Assembly: GCA_030830285.1 (NCBI GenBank)
Contig: JAURNF010000218.1
Coordinates: 3,354 to 67,353 of the forward strand
Length of the DNA stretch: 64,000 bases
From: Candidatus Kapaibacterium sp.
GTDB lineage: Bacteria > Bacteroidota > Ignavibacteria > Kapaibacteriales > Kapaibacteriaceae
Reading direction: 5' to 3'
Shown here one piece after another: positions 23,501 through 30,240 of the stretch; the stretch's first letter is position 1, and each line of letters begins with the position of its first letter. The notes under the pieces are model-generated. The model saw only the letters and a list, made by a program, of their open reading frames with translations. It had not been told where the DNA came from and did not search any database. Both the position numbers and the translations under genes were made by a program.

Positions 23501-25235
23501 TTGTGTTCGGGCACACTGCAGTTGGTGAACCGACAACAGTGTTGGCTGGTGGAATTGGGTTAATCACAAGGTTCGCTGTAAACGTAGCCGAGCAAAGGTT
23601 GCTTGGTCCGTTTGCAACAATCACCTGAACCGTTGTTGTCTGTGCAGCTGTTGGCTGGACTACAGCGGCGACCGGGAATGTGATCGTTGGGTTCTGAACT
23701 GTTGTCGATGACAACGAAGCACCCGTTGGGTTCGCTGTGATCGACCAGTTGTATGTGTTACCCGTTGGTGCCGTCAGTGACGACGAAACTGTCGTCGAAA
23801 CGTTCGCGCACTGCGTTGGTGTACCAACCGTGATCGAGCCAGATGGCGTCGTGTAGATTGTTACGCGGTTGTTAAACGTAATAGCTGCCGAAGCACATGA
23901 TGGTGCTGCAGGGTTAGTTTCAGTAACCGTGATGTTATATGACGAACCGCCTTGTGATCCGCCTGCAGGGAATGTGATCGTTGCCTGATCTGCACCCGTG
24001 CCGCCTGTAACGATCGTAGCCGCGCCTTGGGAACAGCTCCAGCTGAACGTCGAACCAGTTACCGTGCGTGTTGCTGTGTACGTTACCGAGCCGCCCTGGC
24101 ACACATTCTGGTTGCCAGAGATCGAAGCTGGGTTTGAAGGAGTTGCTGTCGCATTCAACTGCGCTGTAGCCGATGTAACTGTTTCACAGTTGTTCATCGT
24201 AGCGCGTGTGTAGAAGAAGTACGATTGATTCGATGTCGATGCTGGCGGAGCATATACATACTGATATGGAGCAATTCCATCCGAACCAACATTCGTACCG
24301 CCAACACCATTACAGTCCACACCAGGCGTTGGGCACTGGAAGAATTGCACTTGCGTACCTGCGAGTCCAGGAGCTGCTGGATCCCATGAATAGCACACAT
24401 TCACGTAACCACCTGGGTTCAGAATGTTTGCTTGGTTGAGGCCAATTGTACCAGCTGGAGCTTGGCAATTGTTCAGGAGACCGATAGAGACTTGATTCTG
24501 AGCCGCATTAATAAATGCAGCATTGTACTGGATGTCTTCAACTTGGATGATGATGCGGCCAGCGTTCGCTGCGCCAACGCAGTGGAGCTGAAGCTGGACG
24601 TCAACAACGTCAGCGTTAGCAACACCAGGTGCGCCACCAGGAAGGAAGAACGGAACATCTTCGAATGTTACATAGAGAATGTTCGTTGCAGCATTGAATT
24701 CCCACCAGATCTGACCACCAAGCTGTGGTGACAGGTCAGTGTTACAGAGGTAGATGGCATTGTACGTCTGGTTCAGACCAGGCGCGCCAAGATTGCGTGG
24801 AGCAATCTGTGTTTCAAGTGGAGCGTTACGGAACGTGATGAAGCCGTTCGATCCGATGTAGAAACCATTGACGCCAAGGTCAATTGTTTCGCCATGGAAT
24901 ACAAACTGCTCACCAGGAATCAGGATTTGTCCTGAAACTTGGTCGTCGTCGAGATTGACAACGTTAGCCGCAACTGGCGCAACTTGAGCCGCTGCAGCAA
25001 CACCTGCTCCAGCATACCCAATGTTCACGCCTGCCGGTGTGAGGTTACCGGTCACCGTCGTCGATGATCCAGCACAAACTGGTGCCGTAGAATACGTTGT
25101 TGTCAACGTAGTCTGCGCTTGAACCGAACTGCTACTGAGCAGACCGGCCGTCGTGATCATCACGAGCAACAGCGCGCGGAGCCATAGCCCCACCTTCCGT
25201 TGTCCTGATGAGTACGTGGAATCGAATCGATTCAT
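14514..25235 (-). CDS. Giant (~3574 aa) T9SS-secreted adhesin-like protein made of dozens of tandem Cys-framed Ig-like/PKD-like domains
   Basis: The longest ORF runs to 25415, but the biologically sensible start is the ATG at 25235. GGAGG lies 7 nt upstream and a signal peptide MNRFD...LLLVMITTAGLLSSSSVQAQ follows immediately. About 85-aa repeats recur with the motif P-x-I-x-G-P-T-x-V-C-x-G-x-x-V-x-Y-S ... Y-x-W-x-V-x-G-G ... C. Terminal T9SS CTD (LRVSPNPTNGRFTIE...AGAYNVVVSAGSQRWVARMVRQ). Confidence 0.9.
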   Translation of the reverse strand: MNRFDSTYSSGQRKVGLWLRALLLVMITTAGLLSSSSVQAQTTLTTTYSTAPVCAGSSTTVTGNLTPAGVNIGYAGAGVAAAAQVAPVAANVVNLDDDQVSGQILIPGEQFVFHGETIDLGVNGFYIGSNGFITFRNAPLETQIAPRNLGAPGLNQTYNAIYLCNTDLSPQLGGQIWWEFNAATNILYVTFEDVPFFLPGGAPGVANADVVDVQLQLHCVGAANAGRIIIQVEDIQYNAAFINAAQNQVSIGLLNNCQAPAGTIGLNQANILNPGGYVNVCYSWDPAAPGLAGTQVQFFQCPTPGVDCNGVGGTNVGSDGIAPYQYVYAPPASTSNQSYFFYTRATMNNCETVTSATAQLNATATPSNPASISGNQNVCQGGSVTYTATRTVTGSTFSWSCSQGAATIVTGGTGADQATITFPAGGSQGGSSYNITVTETNPAAPSCASAAITFNNRVTIYTTPSGSITVGTPTQCANVSTTVSSSLTAPTGNTYNWSITANPTGASLSSTTVQNPTITFPVAAVVQPTAAQTTTVQVIVANGPSNLCSATFTANLVINPIPPANTVVGSPTAVCPNTNVVYTITGNTGLGNTYTYSASGLAYTWQGGYINGTSTGATSRTIQWTAAAGGTGTVTVVESTTSGCTRTYSTTTTVHALPAPSIVGANTPCQFLASATGNPSFQTAPTPLNYTYGLASGNVANGYRWVLTGGSIVAANAATTTTLPATSTNTGGTGVGGNFNTGVTQVTVQWTSTGAQSISCVENTVNGCQATTTMAVTVTASPVAADFGMTGAGIGAATIPCAGATHTYTVAGAGSHTISVSGNSSLSAATGGLSIGGGQVTGTGAGTFDVTWGSGSTGTITHEYTVGGCASLETYTISIQPLPSFTITPPSGTLCGGLSHTWNVSGLVNDGGSPTYLWAELSDPSGIGTPGATSASSFTVAFSNPGTATASYQVSCVVTGSAPTSCVSATVTSSVTITQTPSAPVLSSGAATSCASDANGTRSQSYTFTGTAGGTLNWTVSGAPAGTTTSGSVTLPSAFSVTWGQIARVASTAPTSQVVTVSATQTVAGCTSSSASTTTTLYAMPADAQVATTGGAPAITSLCAGTIVPVGLTVTTNGNSGQPTINYTWTASGVTLSAAGPATTNSITNLGGAGAKSITVTATDPASSCATTTVTSFTVAPVPTPVVSGPTAVCQEINNPVGQPHAGPWTHTYDYSTTLVSGNSYGWQATEGFIVGYSTNNGGSWITPAGNVTPVGSQTLAATVNASRIRVVFYGTTPGRVKVTETFPGGAGCGTTTPDYNVNFNPRPTAQTLSTSTANVCSGSNGTITLASSQVNWTYRLEVSTNGGTSWALSTAPQVAGTGAGLTFTVPAAELAFTATAPTASTYTFRAIATSSGASLVTGCGPYVASVANTAINVHGIPPTPTLTVNAGSERTCFGSLINFTAVNTVTWANYQLERSPAGAGVWTLVGTFGGGAGSIALADATSPAGGVPTLATPNYDFRVRAVSSTNPPACQSGNSTTASTTVFALPTNPGVTITPNPVCFEENFTVSLATTQAGVIYQVRKGGAALSPAVTVLGDGTGKTLTINSAYLMPTITSNPSTSSNVTVDVSAALVQNATHTRAIPAGGCLQSYGSTVVAVLEKPVASISSNATACGGSTTVFTPGNVTPAPNQFFDWTFTTTPPAGTTPTFANRTVNNTVNPFTVTWGDYAVSCNPVAGSPETQTHTVRLIAENANGCLDTTTRSVTLYPTPFDAFVQGDATACVYGGYEEHIKTYSLKRTLGATCTFPTGTTYAWSMSTGTVSGTIRSGQGTTDIIGEWNTTGGSGTGTVTCVVTLPASWGACSSTKSMNVTVYPLPTPAIVGPTDVCQNNPGSPTSTSNYSSTLYTGDTYKWDVVGGTITTPGGAAGAGTVASPSTVTALNQNTITVTWGSTPTNSATVTLTETTPAGCVARNTITVNVRATPTPVISGPTTMCDNAVATFSTANNAPNNTYNWAITGNGTITAGVNTASATVLAGNLAGGNFTISVTETATATTCSKTVSKVVSLAATPVPTITRVTAGGSVGGACVNQTITYGNSDATTGTFGYLWTVSANGAISGANNASTVDVNWTTTGTGTVTLSKWHSATQCTTTVAQNVTVVNPPAPIITGATNVCGNSTQTYSTTNNAGNTYSWSLGNATILSGSGTNALTVKWNNPAPGATLSSTVTVTETNTASGCSNSASVLVTINSMPTQTAIAGPATVCNGSTQNYSVTNGGGQEYSWTVTGGAIVSGNGTSAISVQWTTVGTQTVGVTITTAGTTCSTSLTRNVAVEDQPAPAITGTSPVCTGTTTSYSTPAVAGHTYQWTLSGGGTAVSGTTSNSYSVKWTTAGTHTVTVTQRNASANCQATATMNVVVNQTPTQTAISGPAVVCNGSIENYTVVNVAGQTYTWTVTGGAITDGAGTNDVAVQWTTLGNQTVSVTISTTGTNCSTSLTRNVSVEEQPNPYIAGPTVVCSGETVEYSTDDNAGHSYAWTVSGGGSIVSNPASSTINVQWTTAGSWTLSVTQVNSSGNCARTQIATVVVKQTPTATAISRVTPGGNLNQACQGQQITYSTPANAASTFNWTVTGGTVVGSATGNQVLVNWQNQGNGTITVTETTTGTTCATTRTANVAVGYQPTPAIDGARVVCIDKTHTYATLTVPGSTYNWSITPANAFQTVAGYPAASEITVRWIQPGLHTMTVTETALGGFCVGVQTINVRVNPIPTPAITSATGFGNPSTRRPGVVCNNSTHTYAVTATPDNVFQWAVTGGTILSGQNTNTITVQWGAAGAGTVACTETVPGSDCITTTTQQIDIRRTPTPVITGEVNPCGNATFDYTTPLVTGNTYTWSAIGGTGVQTAPNTFRVTCTAPVWPNTGTASVTVREDVADVAPAGTCFATTTLNVTIRPIPPVPTITGPTVVCATDLTDSPATVNTASYTSSIPTITGASGSLTPTWSVTGGAIVSGQGTLTLNVQWANGGSTPVTGTVTCLHTSTFGCTATGTLSVTVNPLPNPSIVGASSACQNTVENYSTVGVPGNTYVWSLTGGNIIRSGQGTPNVAVEWTLPGVATLTVSETNGFGCTVLNQRQVTVNALPQAQLSVSGPTTFCQGGDVTISAPLGFSNYVWNTGETARSIVVRTTGNYWCVVTDANGCSNRSDTVRVNVFPSALPIVTISGPLTFCEGGSVTLTAPAGFSGYLWSNGATTQSVTVTESGSYTVSVSDGNGCTGTSTEVDVTVYAKPTPTLTVVNGTFCTGDSATVSAPAGYVNYTWVSQNGVSYGTSRSIVVKASDDIFCQVVDVNGCAGVSDTVKLTMNRVQTPVVTVNGPTTFCEGGAVTLTAPEGYTSYVWSNGVVGRTITVDRAGEYFVTVANQTCPAVSAKTSITVNNLPAVPTIQRMGDVLSANSTAATAYQWIRNGVDMPGAANKQLTVNLPGTYRVRITDANGCENTSEGFDVILTDVNDDVVAGHQAALRVSPNPTNGRFTIETIVSEAGPVRIELVNALGELVMTLNETSVAGNFRATVDMGTLSAGAYNVVVSAGSQRWVARMVRQ
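17760..18800. repeat. Near-identical ~510-bp tandem duplication inside the giant adhesin CDS (two-domain unit)
   Basis: Two adjacent ~170-aa protein blocks are near-identical (block 1: QTAIAGPATVCNGSTQNYSV...NVVVNQTP; block 2: TQTAISGPAVVCNGSIENYTV...TVVVKQTP). The DNA strings 17760-18060 and 18270-18570 align at roughly 75-80% identity by eye. Boundaries are approximate. Confidence 0.6.
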
Positions 25236-25744
25236 ACGATCCTCCAAATGAAACTTTGAAATACTGTTATTCGATTTATTCTTCTTCGTTGAGCTAGGTA
25301 TGATGATTGTATCCCCTGCCGCAAACAGCGATTGGCGCCCGTGGCGCCCCGTTGTTTCGGAATGTACATTCGGTCGGGTCATGCGACAGCCGGCCCCTTC
25401 GTACAAGTGATTCATACAGTGATTCCGAACCGTGGATTAATAACGGCGCGGGACACGCCTCCCCCACGCTGGGTGGGACGCGCATCGGCGCAAAAATAGG
25501 AGGCAACGTCGGATCCACCAAACGGTAAATTTTGGGTACCTGCCATTGGCAGGACCCGAGCCGTTGCGTAGATGTACTGGCGTGCTTCCATCGTAATCAA
25601 ATGCAATTCAGTGGTAGGGTGTGAAATAGATTTCACACCATAAACGCGGAGTTGACGGTTTTGAAGCACGTGTCCCCAAAATCCCAACCCACTTTCATGG
25701 CAGAGTAGACTATACAATGACCGTGCCAAAAAACGGTACATTCG

Positions 25745-26755
25745 TTAAGTGGTTGAGTTTTCAGCACGATACACACTTACGTATCCCCAAAGCGCCTCGA
25801 CAAGGGGGTCGAGGCCTTCATGCGCAACGGCCGAAATCATCATTGGCTTGTGGCGCTTCACCCAGGAATTGGCCTTTAGGGCCTTGCGGCCGTCCTCGTC
25901 GAGCAAATCGAGCTTGCTGAGCACAACAATCGACTGTTTCTTGGCCATCTGGGGGTTGTATTGCTTGAGCTCTCGCTTCAACACCGCAAGGTCTGCCCCA
26001 AGGTCCTCACTGGTGCAGTCAAGCAGGAACACGAGCACTGCCGTGCGCTCGACGTGACGTAAGAACTGATGCCCCAAGCCTTTACCTTCGTGCGCCCCTT
26101 CAATCAACCCAGGAATATCGGCTACCGAGAAGGAACGGCCAATCCCAGCACGCACAATCCCAAGGTTGGGGATGAGCGTGGTAAAGGGGTAATCGGCAAT
26201 CTTTGGCTTTGCAGCACTAATCACAGAGATGAGGGTGCTCTTGCCGGCATTGGGATAGCCCACTAACCCTACATCAGCCAACAGCTTAAGCTCGAATTCG
26301 AGCGTGCATTCCTGACCCGGTGTACCTGGGTCGGCCATGCGCGGAGCTTGGTTGATTGACGTCACGAATTCCGAGTTTCCACGTCCACCACGACCGCCCT
26401 TAGCAACAAGGACGCGCTGGCCGTGCACGGAAAGGTCTGCAATCTGCTCACCGGATTCGCGATCACGCACCACTGTACCTGCTGGAACACGAATCACGAC
26501 ATCGTCGCCACTCTTGCCTGTGCAGTTGCTCTGACCCCCTCTTGCACCAGCCTTGGCTTTGTAGATGCGCGTGTACCGGAAGTCGAGAAGCGTCCCAAGT
26601 TGTTGATCTGCTTCGACATACACGGATCCCCCATTGCCTCCATTGCCACCATCCGGGCCACCCATAGGTACGTACTTTTCACGACGAAACGAGATGTGCC
26701 CCGCTCCGCCGTCACCGGCCTTGACTTCAATCCAGGCCGTATCGATAAAATTCAT
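25745..26755 (-). CDS. obg: GTPase Obg/CgtA
   Basis: Obg fold N-terminus FIDTAWIEVKAGDGGAGHISFRREKYVPMGGPDGGNGGNGGSV. G1 GYPNAGKST, G3 DIPGLIEGA, G4 SKLD. AGGAG SD 5 nt upstream. Overlaps the upstream gene by 4 nt (ATGA). Confidence 0.95.
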   Translation of the reverse strand: MNFIDTAWIEVKAGDGGAGHISFRREKYVPMGGPDGGNGGNGGSVYVEADQQLGTLLDFRYTRIYKAKAGARGGQSNCTGKSGDDVVIRVPAGTVVRDRESGEQIADLSVHGQRVLVAKGGRGGRGNSEFVTSINQAPRMADPGTPGQECTLEFELKLLADVGLVGYPNAGKSTLISVISAAKPKIADYPFTTLIPNLGIVRAGIGRSFSVADIPGLIEGAHEGKGLGHQFLRHVERTAVLVFLLDCTSEDLGADLAVLKRELKQYNPQMAKKQSIVVLSKLDLLDEDGRKALKANSWVKRHKPMMISAVAHEGLDPLVEALWGYVSVYRAENSTT

Positions 26756-27870
26756 AGGTAGCTCCTGTGCATGGCCTGCGCAAACTCCATGGCCGCCGCA
26801 CTATCGGGCGCCACACCCTGCCGGGCAAACCAACGGTCGAGCTCGCCAGCAGCTTCTCGCCATGTCGCACGTCGCAGGATCTCCTGCACGGTGTGGTCAA
26901 ATTGGGTGTGATCCCGTGAAAAGATCTTCTTTACGATTCGCTCCTTGGTAGAAGCATCAAGCTGGGCAATAAACTTTGCCACCCGCTGGGCTGCCTGAGG
27001 TCCCTCGCTTTGCTCGGGAGAGGTCTCAGCTGTCTGAGGTCCCTCGCTCTGCTCGGGAGAGCTCTCAGCAAAATCATTCGTCCCAATCGAGGCGATCACG
27101 TCGTTGATCACGTCGATCAGCTTGCTACGCGTGAGCGTACGGAGCTCCTCGCGGTACAGCAGGCGTTCGAGCGCCTGCGAAATTGGGATAGCCCCTTTAT
27201 CATCCAAAAAGATGATGACGGCCTCGGTTGGCACTGCCTCGGAGGGCAGATTTGGGTCGGCTTCGTAGAAAAACCCGTACAACCCATCCAACAACCGCAC
27301 GAATTCGTCCTGCGAGAGGTCCAGAATGGCGTCGTTATCGACCTTTTCGACGATCCGCTCGAACTCGATGACGCTGAGGATCTCGTACGACGAGGCTTCT
27401 GCCGGACGTGTGGCCGCCCACTGACGGATCCCGTCGAGGAGATATGCGTTGTCTGTGAGGTAGTTGAGCCGCATCAGGACTTCGTAAAGGGGCTTTGTAG
27501 GCTCCCCACGGTACACAAACCACTTGAGGGTGGTACGTGGACGGCACAAGAAGTTCAGACGGGTCTTAACGGCTGCATCGATGGTTGCATTCAGTTCCTC
27601 GTGGTCGAACCGGGCCGACCCAAGGTAGAGCTCGTCAAGCTTCGGGAAAACGCTCTGCAGCTCGGGCGCGGACGTATCGAACCGTGGGTTCGATGCACGC
27701 AGTGCCCGCTCCTCATAGAGCCACCACTCCGCCTCGGCCTTGAAAAAGGCCCTGTACGAAGGATGAATATTCGCGTTTGCCAGAATGGCTGCGAGAGATG
27801 TGCTGGGTTGACGCGTGTCGAGTCGCTGCTTGAGTTGCTTGCGAACACGGTCAATCTCTTTCTCGAACAT
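26752..27870 (-). CDS. Hypothetical protein (372 aa) with internal 13-aa tandem repeat, translationally coupled between radA and obg
   Basis: Continuous ORF flanked by radA (17-bp gap) and obg (4-nt overlap). No recognisable family. Contains SPEQSEGPQTAET / SPEQSEGPQAAQR repeats. Confidence 0.7.
   Translation of the reverse strand: MFEKEIDRVRKQLKQRLDTRQPSTSLAAILANANIHPSYRAFFKAEAEWWLYEERALRASNPRFDTSAPELQSVFPKLDELYLGSARFDHEELNATIDAAVKTRLNFLCRPRTTLKWFVYRGEPTKPLYEVLMRLNYLTDNAYLLDGIRQWAATRPAEASSYEILSVIEFERIVEKVDNDAILDLSQDEFVRLLDGLYGFFYEADPNLPSEAVPTEAVIIFLDDKGAIPISQALERLLYREELRTLTRSKLIDVINDVIASIGTNDFAESSPEQSEGPQTAETSPEQSEGPQAAQRVAKFIAQLDASTKERIVKKIFSRDHTQFDHTVQEILRRATWREAAGELDRWFARQGVAPDSAAAMEFAQAMHRSYL
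26995..27072. repeat. Two tandem copies of a 39-nt unit (ctgaggtccctcgct[t/c]tgctcgggagag[g/c]tctcagc...) inside the 372-aa hypothetical gene
   Basis: Direct tandem repeat read from the sequence at 26995-27033 and 27034-27072. The copies differ at 3 positions. Confidence 0.8.
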
Positions 27871-27887
27871 GACGGCAAGTTACGAAC

Positions 27888-29252
27888 CTACCCAAACAAT
27901 GCTGCGAGCACAGGCGAAAGACGTTCAACAGGGACAACGTTGGCAACCTTGCCTTCGCCAGATTTTGGCGCATAGATCTGATCAAGTCCTAACCGCACAG
28001 CCTCGGATACGCGCTGCTCGAGGTAGGCCACGCGACGCACCTCACCAGTAAGTCCAAGCTCGCCGACAAATGCCACACCGTTGGGGATGGGTTTGTCCAT
28101 GATGGAGCTGGTAATCGCTACAGCAACACCGAGATCGATCGCAGGATCTTGCACAGCGATACCACCAGCGACGTTCACGAACACATCGCTTTGTCGCACC
28201 TGCACACCACCGCGCTTCTCGAGCACAGCAAGAATCATCTGCAGTCGCTTTGCGTCGTACCCTGTGCTCACACGCTGTGGCATGCTGAAGCCGGTTGGCG
28301 ATACAAGCGCTTGTACTTCGATCAAGAGTGGACGTGTGCCTTCGATGACTGCGACAACTGCAGTGCCTGGTTCGTTCGCATTGCGATTACTGAGCAACAC
28401 TTCACTTGGGTTGTGTACTTCACGCAATCCGGTGGACGTCATGTCGAACACACCAAGCTCGTTTGTCGAGCCGTAGCGATTCTTGAGCGCACGTAATACG
28501 CGGTACGAGTATGTGCCCTCGCCTTCGAACTGCAGCACAGCATCAACCATGTGTTCAAGCACTTTCGGACCAGCAATCATTCCGTCCTTCGTGACGTGAC
28601 CAATGATGATGATTGGTATGCCACTTCGCTTTGCAATGCGAGTGAGCAGTGATGTACACTCACGCACTTGCGCAACACTGCCAGCAGATGATTCAAGCAC
28701 ATCGGTCGTTATCGTCTGAACCGAGTCGACAACAACAAGTGATGGCGCAGAATGTTCGATGAGTGCAGCAATGCGCTCAACACTGGTCTCTGAAGCAACA
28801 ACAATTCCGTTTGCTGATATGGCCAATCGTTCAGCACGCTGCTTGATCTGATGCAAACTCTCTTCACCTGTCACATACAAGCACGGACGTTCTGCAGAGA
28901 GCGAACCTGCATAGGCGGCAAGCTGAAGCATGAGCGTACTCTTGCCCATGCCGGGATCACCACCGACCAACACGATACTACCTGGCATGAGACCACCACC
29001 GAGTACGCGATCGAGCTCTGCCATTCCCGTGGGTATGCGTTGCGCTTGATCGGCTTGTACATCAGAGAGTGCAGTTGAGAGTACCGAGCCAACTGCTTGT
29101 GCACGACGTTTGGCAGATGCACCTTTTGCTGTTGCAGATGCGTCGACTTCTTCGATCATCGACTCCCATGTGCCACATCCCGGACATCGTCCCATCCACT
29201 TCGGGGCGGAATGTCCGCAGCTTGAACAGCGATAGACGGTGCGTATCTTCAT
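27888..29252 (-). CDS. radA: DNA repair protein RadA (Sms)
   Basis: N-terminal C4 zinc finger (CSSCGHSAPKWMGRCPGCGTW). RecA-like Walker A GDPGMGKSTL. KNRYG motif. C-terminal Lon-like domain. Confidence 0.95.
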   Translation of the reverse strand: MKIRTVYRCSSCGHSAPKWMGRCPGCGTWESMIEEVDASATAKGASAKRRAQAVGSVLSTALSDVQADQAQRIPTGMAELDRVLGGGLMPGSIVLVGGDPGMGKSTLMLQLAAYAGSLSAERPCLYVTGEESLHQIKQRAERLAISANGIVVASETSVERIAALIEHSAPSLVVVDSVQTITTDVLESSAGSVAQVRECTSLLTRIAKRSGIPIIIIGHVTKDGMIAGPKVLEHMVDAVLQFEGEGTYSYRVLRALKNRYGSTNELGVFDMTSTGLREVHNPSEVLLSNRNANEPGTAVVAVIEGTRPLLIEVQALVSPTGFSMPQRVSTGYDAKRLQMILAVLEKRGGVQVRQSDVFVNVAGGIAVQDPAIDLGVAVAITSSIMDKPIPNGVAFVGELGLTGEVRRVAYLEQRVSEAVRLGLDQIYAPKSGEGKVANVVPVERLSPVLAALFG

Positions 29253-30225
29253 CAGTATTGATTCCTCATTAGGTCCAAAGCTAGGGAATGTTTTCCGCGT
29301 GCACGTAGCTCATTCCACACACGTTCCGTCAATCACAGAAGCATACGAGGTATGCCGACGTGTGACGTTCACGCATGCGAAAACGTTCTACTTCGCATCA
29401 CACTTCATTGCCCCACACAAACGCAACGCCTGCTACGCAGTCTATGCATTTTGTCGGTACGTCGACGATCTCATCGATGTGGCGATGGAGCGAGGAGACG
29501 TGACACGTGATCATGCTGTGACGTTGGTGGCACAATGGCGCAAAGATCTGGACGCACTCTATGCAGGCGAACATCTTCCATCGTCTGGAGCCGACGATCC
29601 AACAAAGGTTGCGATTCTCACAGCGTGGGAAGACACGCTGTCGACATATCGCATTCCACGCAACTTGCCAGACGAGTTGATTGAAGGTGTGTTGATGGAT
29701 ACCATCGTCACACGTTTCGAGACGTTCGACGAGCTGTATGTGTATTGCTACAAGGTTGCATCCGTCGTGGGATTGATGACGTCCGAGATCTTCGGATACT
29801 CATCGAAGGAAGCTCTTGCGCATGCGATTGAACTTGGCATCGCTATGCAACTCACAAACATTCTTCGCGATGTCGGTGAAGACGCAGAGCGTGGACGGAT
29901 CTATCTGCCGCTGGATGATCTTGATGCATACGGTGTAACAGAAGACGATATCATGTCACGCCGTTGGACACCACAATTGCACGCGTTGATTCGCGACTAC
30001 ACCAATCGTGCTGAATCATACTACGCATCATCTGATCGCGGCATCCCAATGCTCGAGCGTGACAGCCGCACAACGGTCTACTTGATGAGCATGAACTATC
30101 GCAAGATTCTTCGTATCATCGAGTCGATGGACTACAACATCTTCCTCCGTCGCGCAAGCACTACGAAGCTTCAGAAGATCTTCTCGATTCCAGCAGCGTG
30201 GATGCGCGCCAAACGCGGCGCATAG
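29239..30225 (+). CDS. Phytoene/squalene synthase family prenyltransferase (CrtB/HpnD-like)
   Basis: Two Asp-rich motifs (YAFCRYVDDLIDV and ILRDVGEDAERGRIYLP) and a trans-isoprenyl diphosphate synthase head-to-head fold pattern. The 5' end overlaps radA by 14 bp on the opposite strand, so the true start may be the in-frame GTG at 29299. Confidence 0.75.
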   Translation: MRIFISIDSSLGPKLGNVFRVHVAHSTHVPSITEAYEVCRRVTFTHAKTFYFASHFIAPHKRNACYAVYAFCRYVDDLIDVAMERGDVTRDHAVTLVAQWRKDLDALYAGEHLPSSGADDPTKVAILTAWEDTLSTYRIPRNLPDELIEGVLMDTIVTRFETFDELYVYCYKVASVVGLMTSEIFGYSSKEALAHAIELGIAMQLTNILRDVGEDAERGRIYLPLDDLDAYGVTEDDIMSRRWTPQLHALIRDYTNRAESYYASSDRGIPMLERDSRTTVYLMSMNYRKILRIIESMDYNIFLRRASTTKLQKIFSIPAAWMRAKRGA

Positions 30226-30240
30226 TAGTGCGGCAGTGCG

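Noticed and set aside
25236-25415. N-terminal 60-codon extension of the giant adhesin ORF (longest-ORF start at 25415)
   Set aside because: The extension has no signal peptide and no SD. The internal ATG at 25235 has GGAGG 7 nt upstream and is followed directly by a signal peptide, so the extension is treated as 5' UTR.
25380-25470. tRNA-like GGTTCGGAATC motif (minus strand) upstream of the giant gene
   Set aside because: No acceptor stem, anticodon arm or CCA-compatible 3' end could be built around it. It is a chance resemblance to a T-loop.
25412-25741. 109-codon minus-strand ORF abutting the obg stop in the 509-bp intergenic region
   Set aside because: It has no SD, whereas neighbouring genes have one. 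The amino-acid composition is unremarkable and there are no motifs. It overlaps palindromic elements that look regulatory. It is kept only as a low-probability possibility in the findings.
27010-27975. 321-aa + strand ORF overlapping the 372-aa hypothetical gene and radA
   Set aside because: It is antisense to two confidently coupled genes (radA has diagnostic motifs). It has no recognisable domains and its GC-rich stop-free frame is expected by chance.
29239-29298. Reporting the crtB-like gene from the GTG at 29299 instead of the ATG at 29239
   Set aside because: This could not be settled. The upstream ATG gives a 14-bp antisense overlap with radA, while the GTG has only a weak SD. The ORF-track coordinates were kept and the ambiguity flagged.
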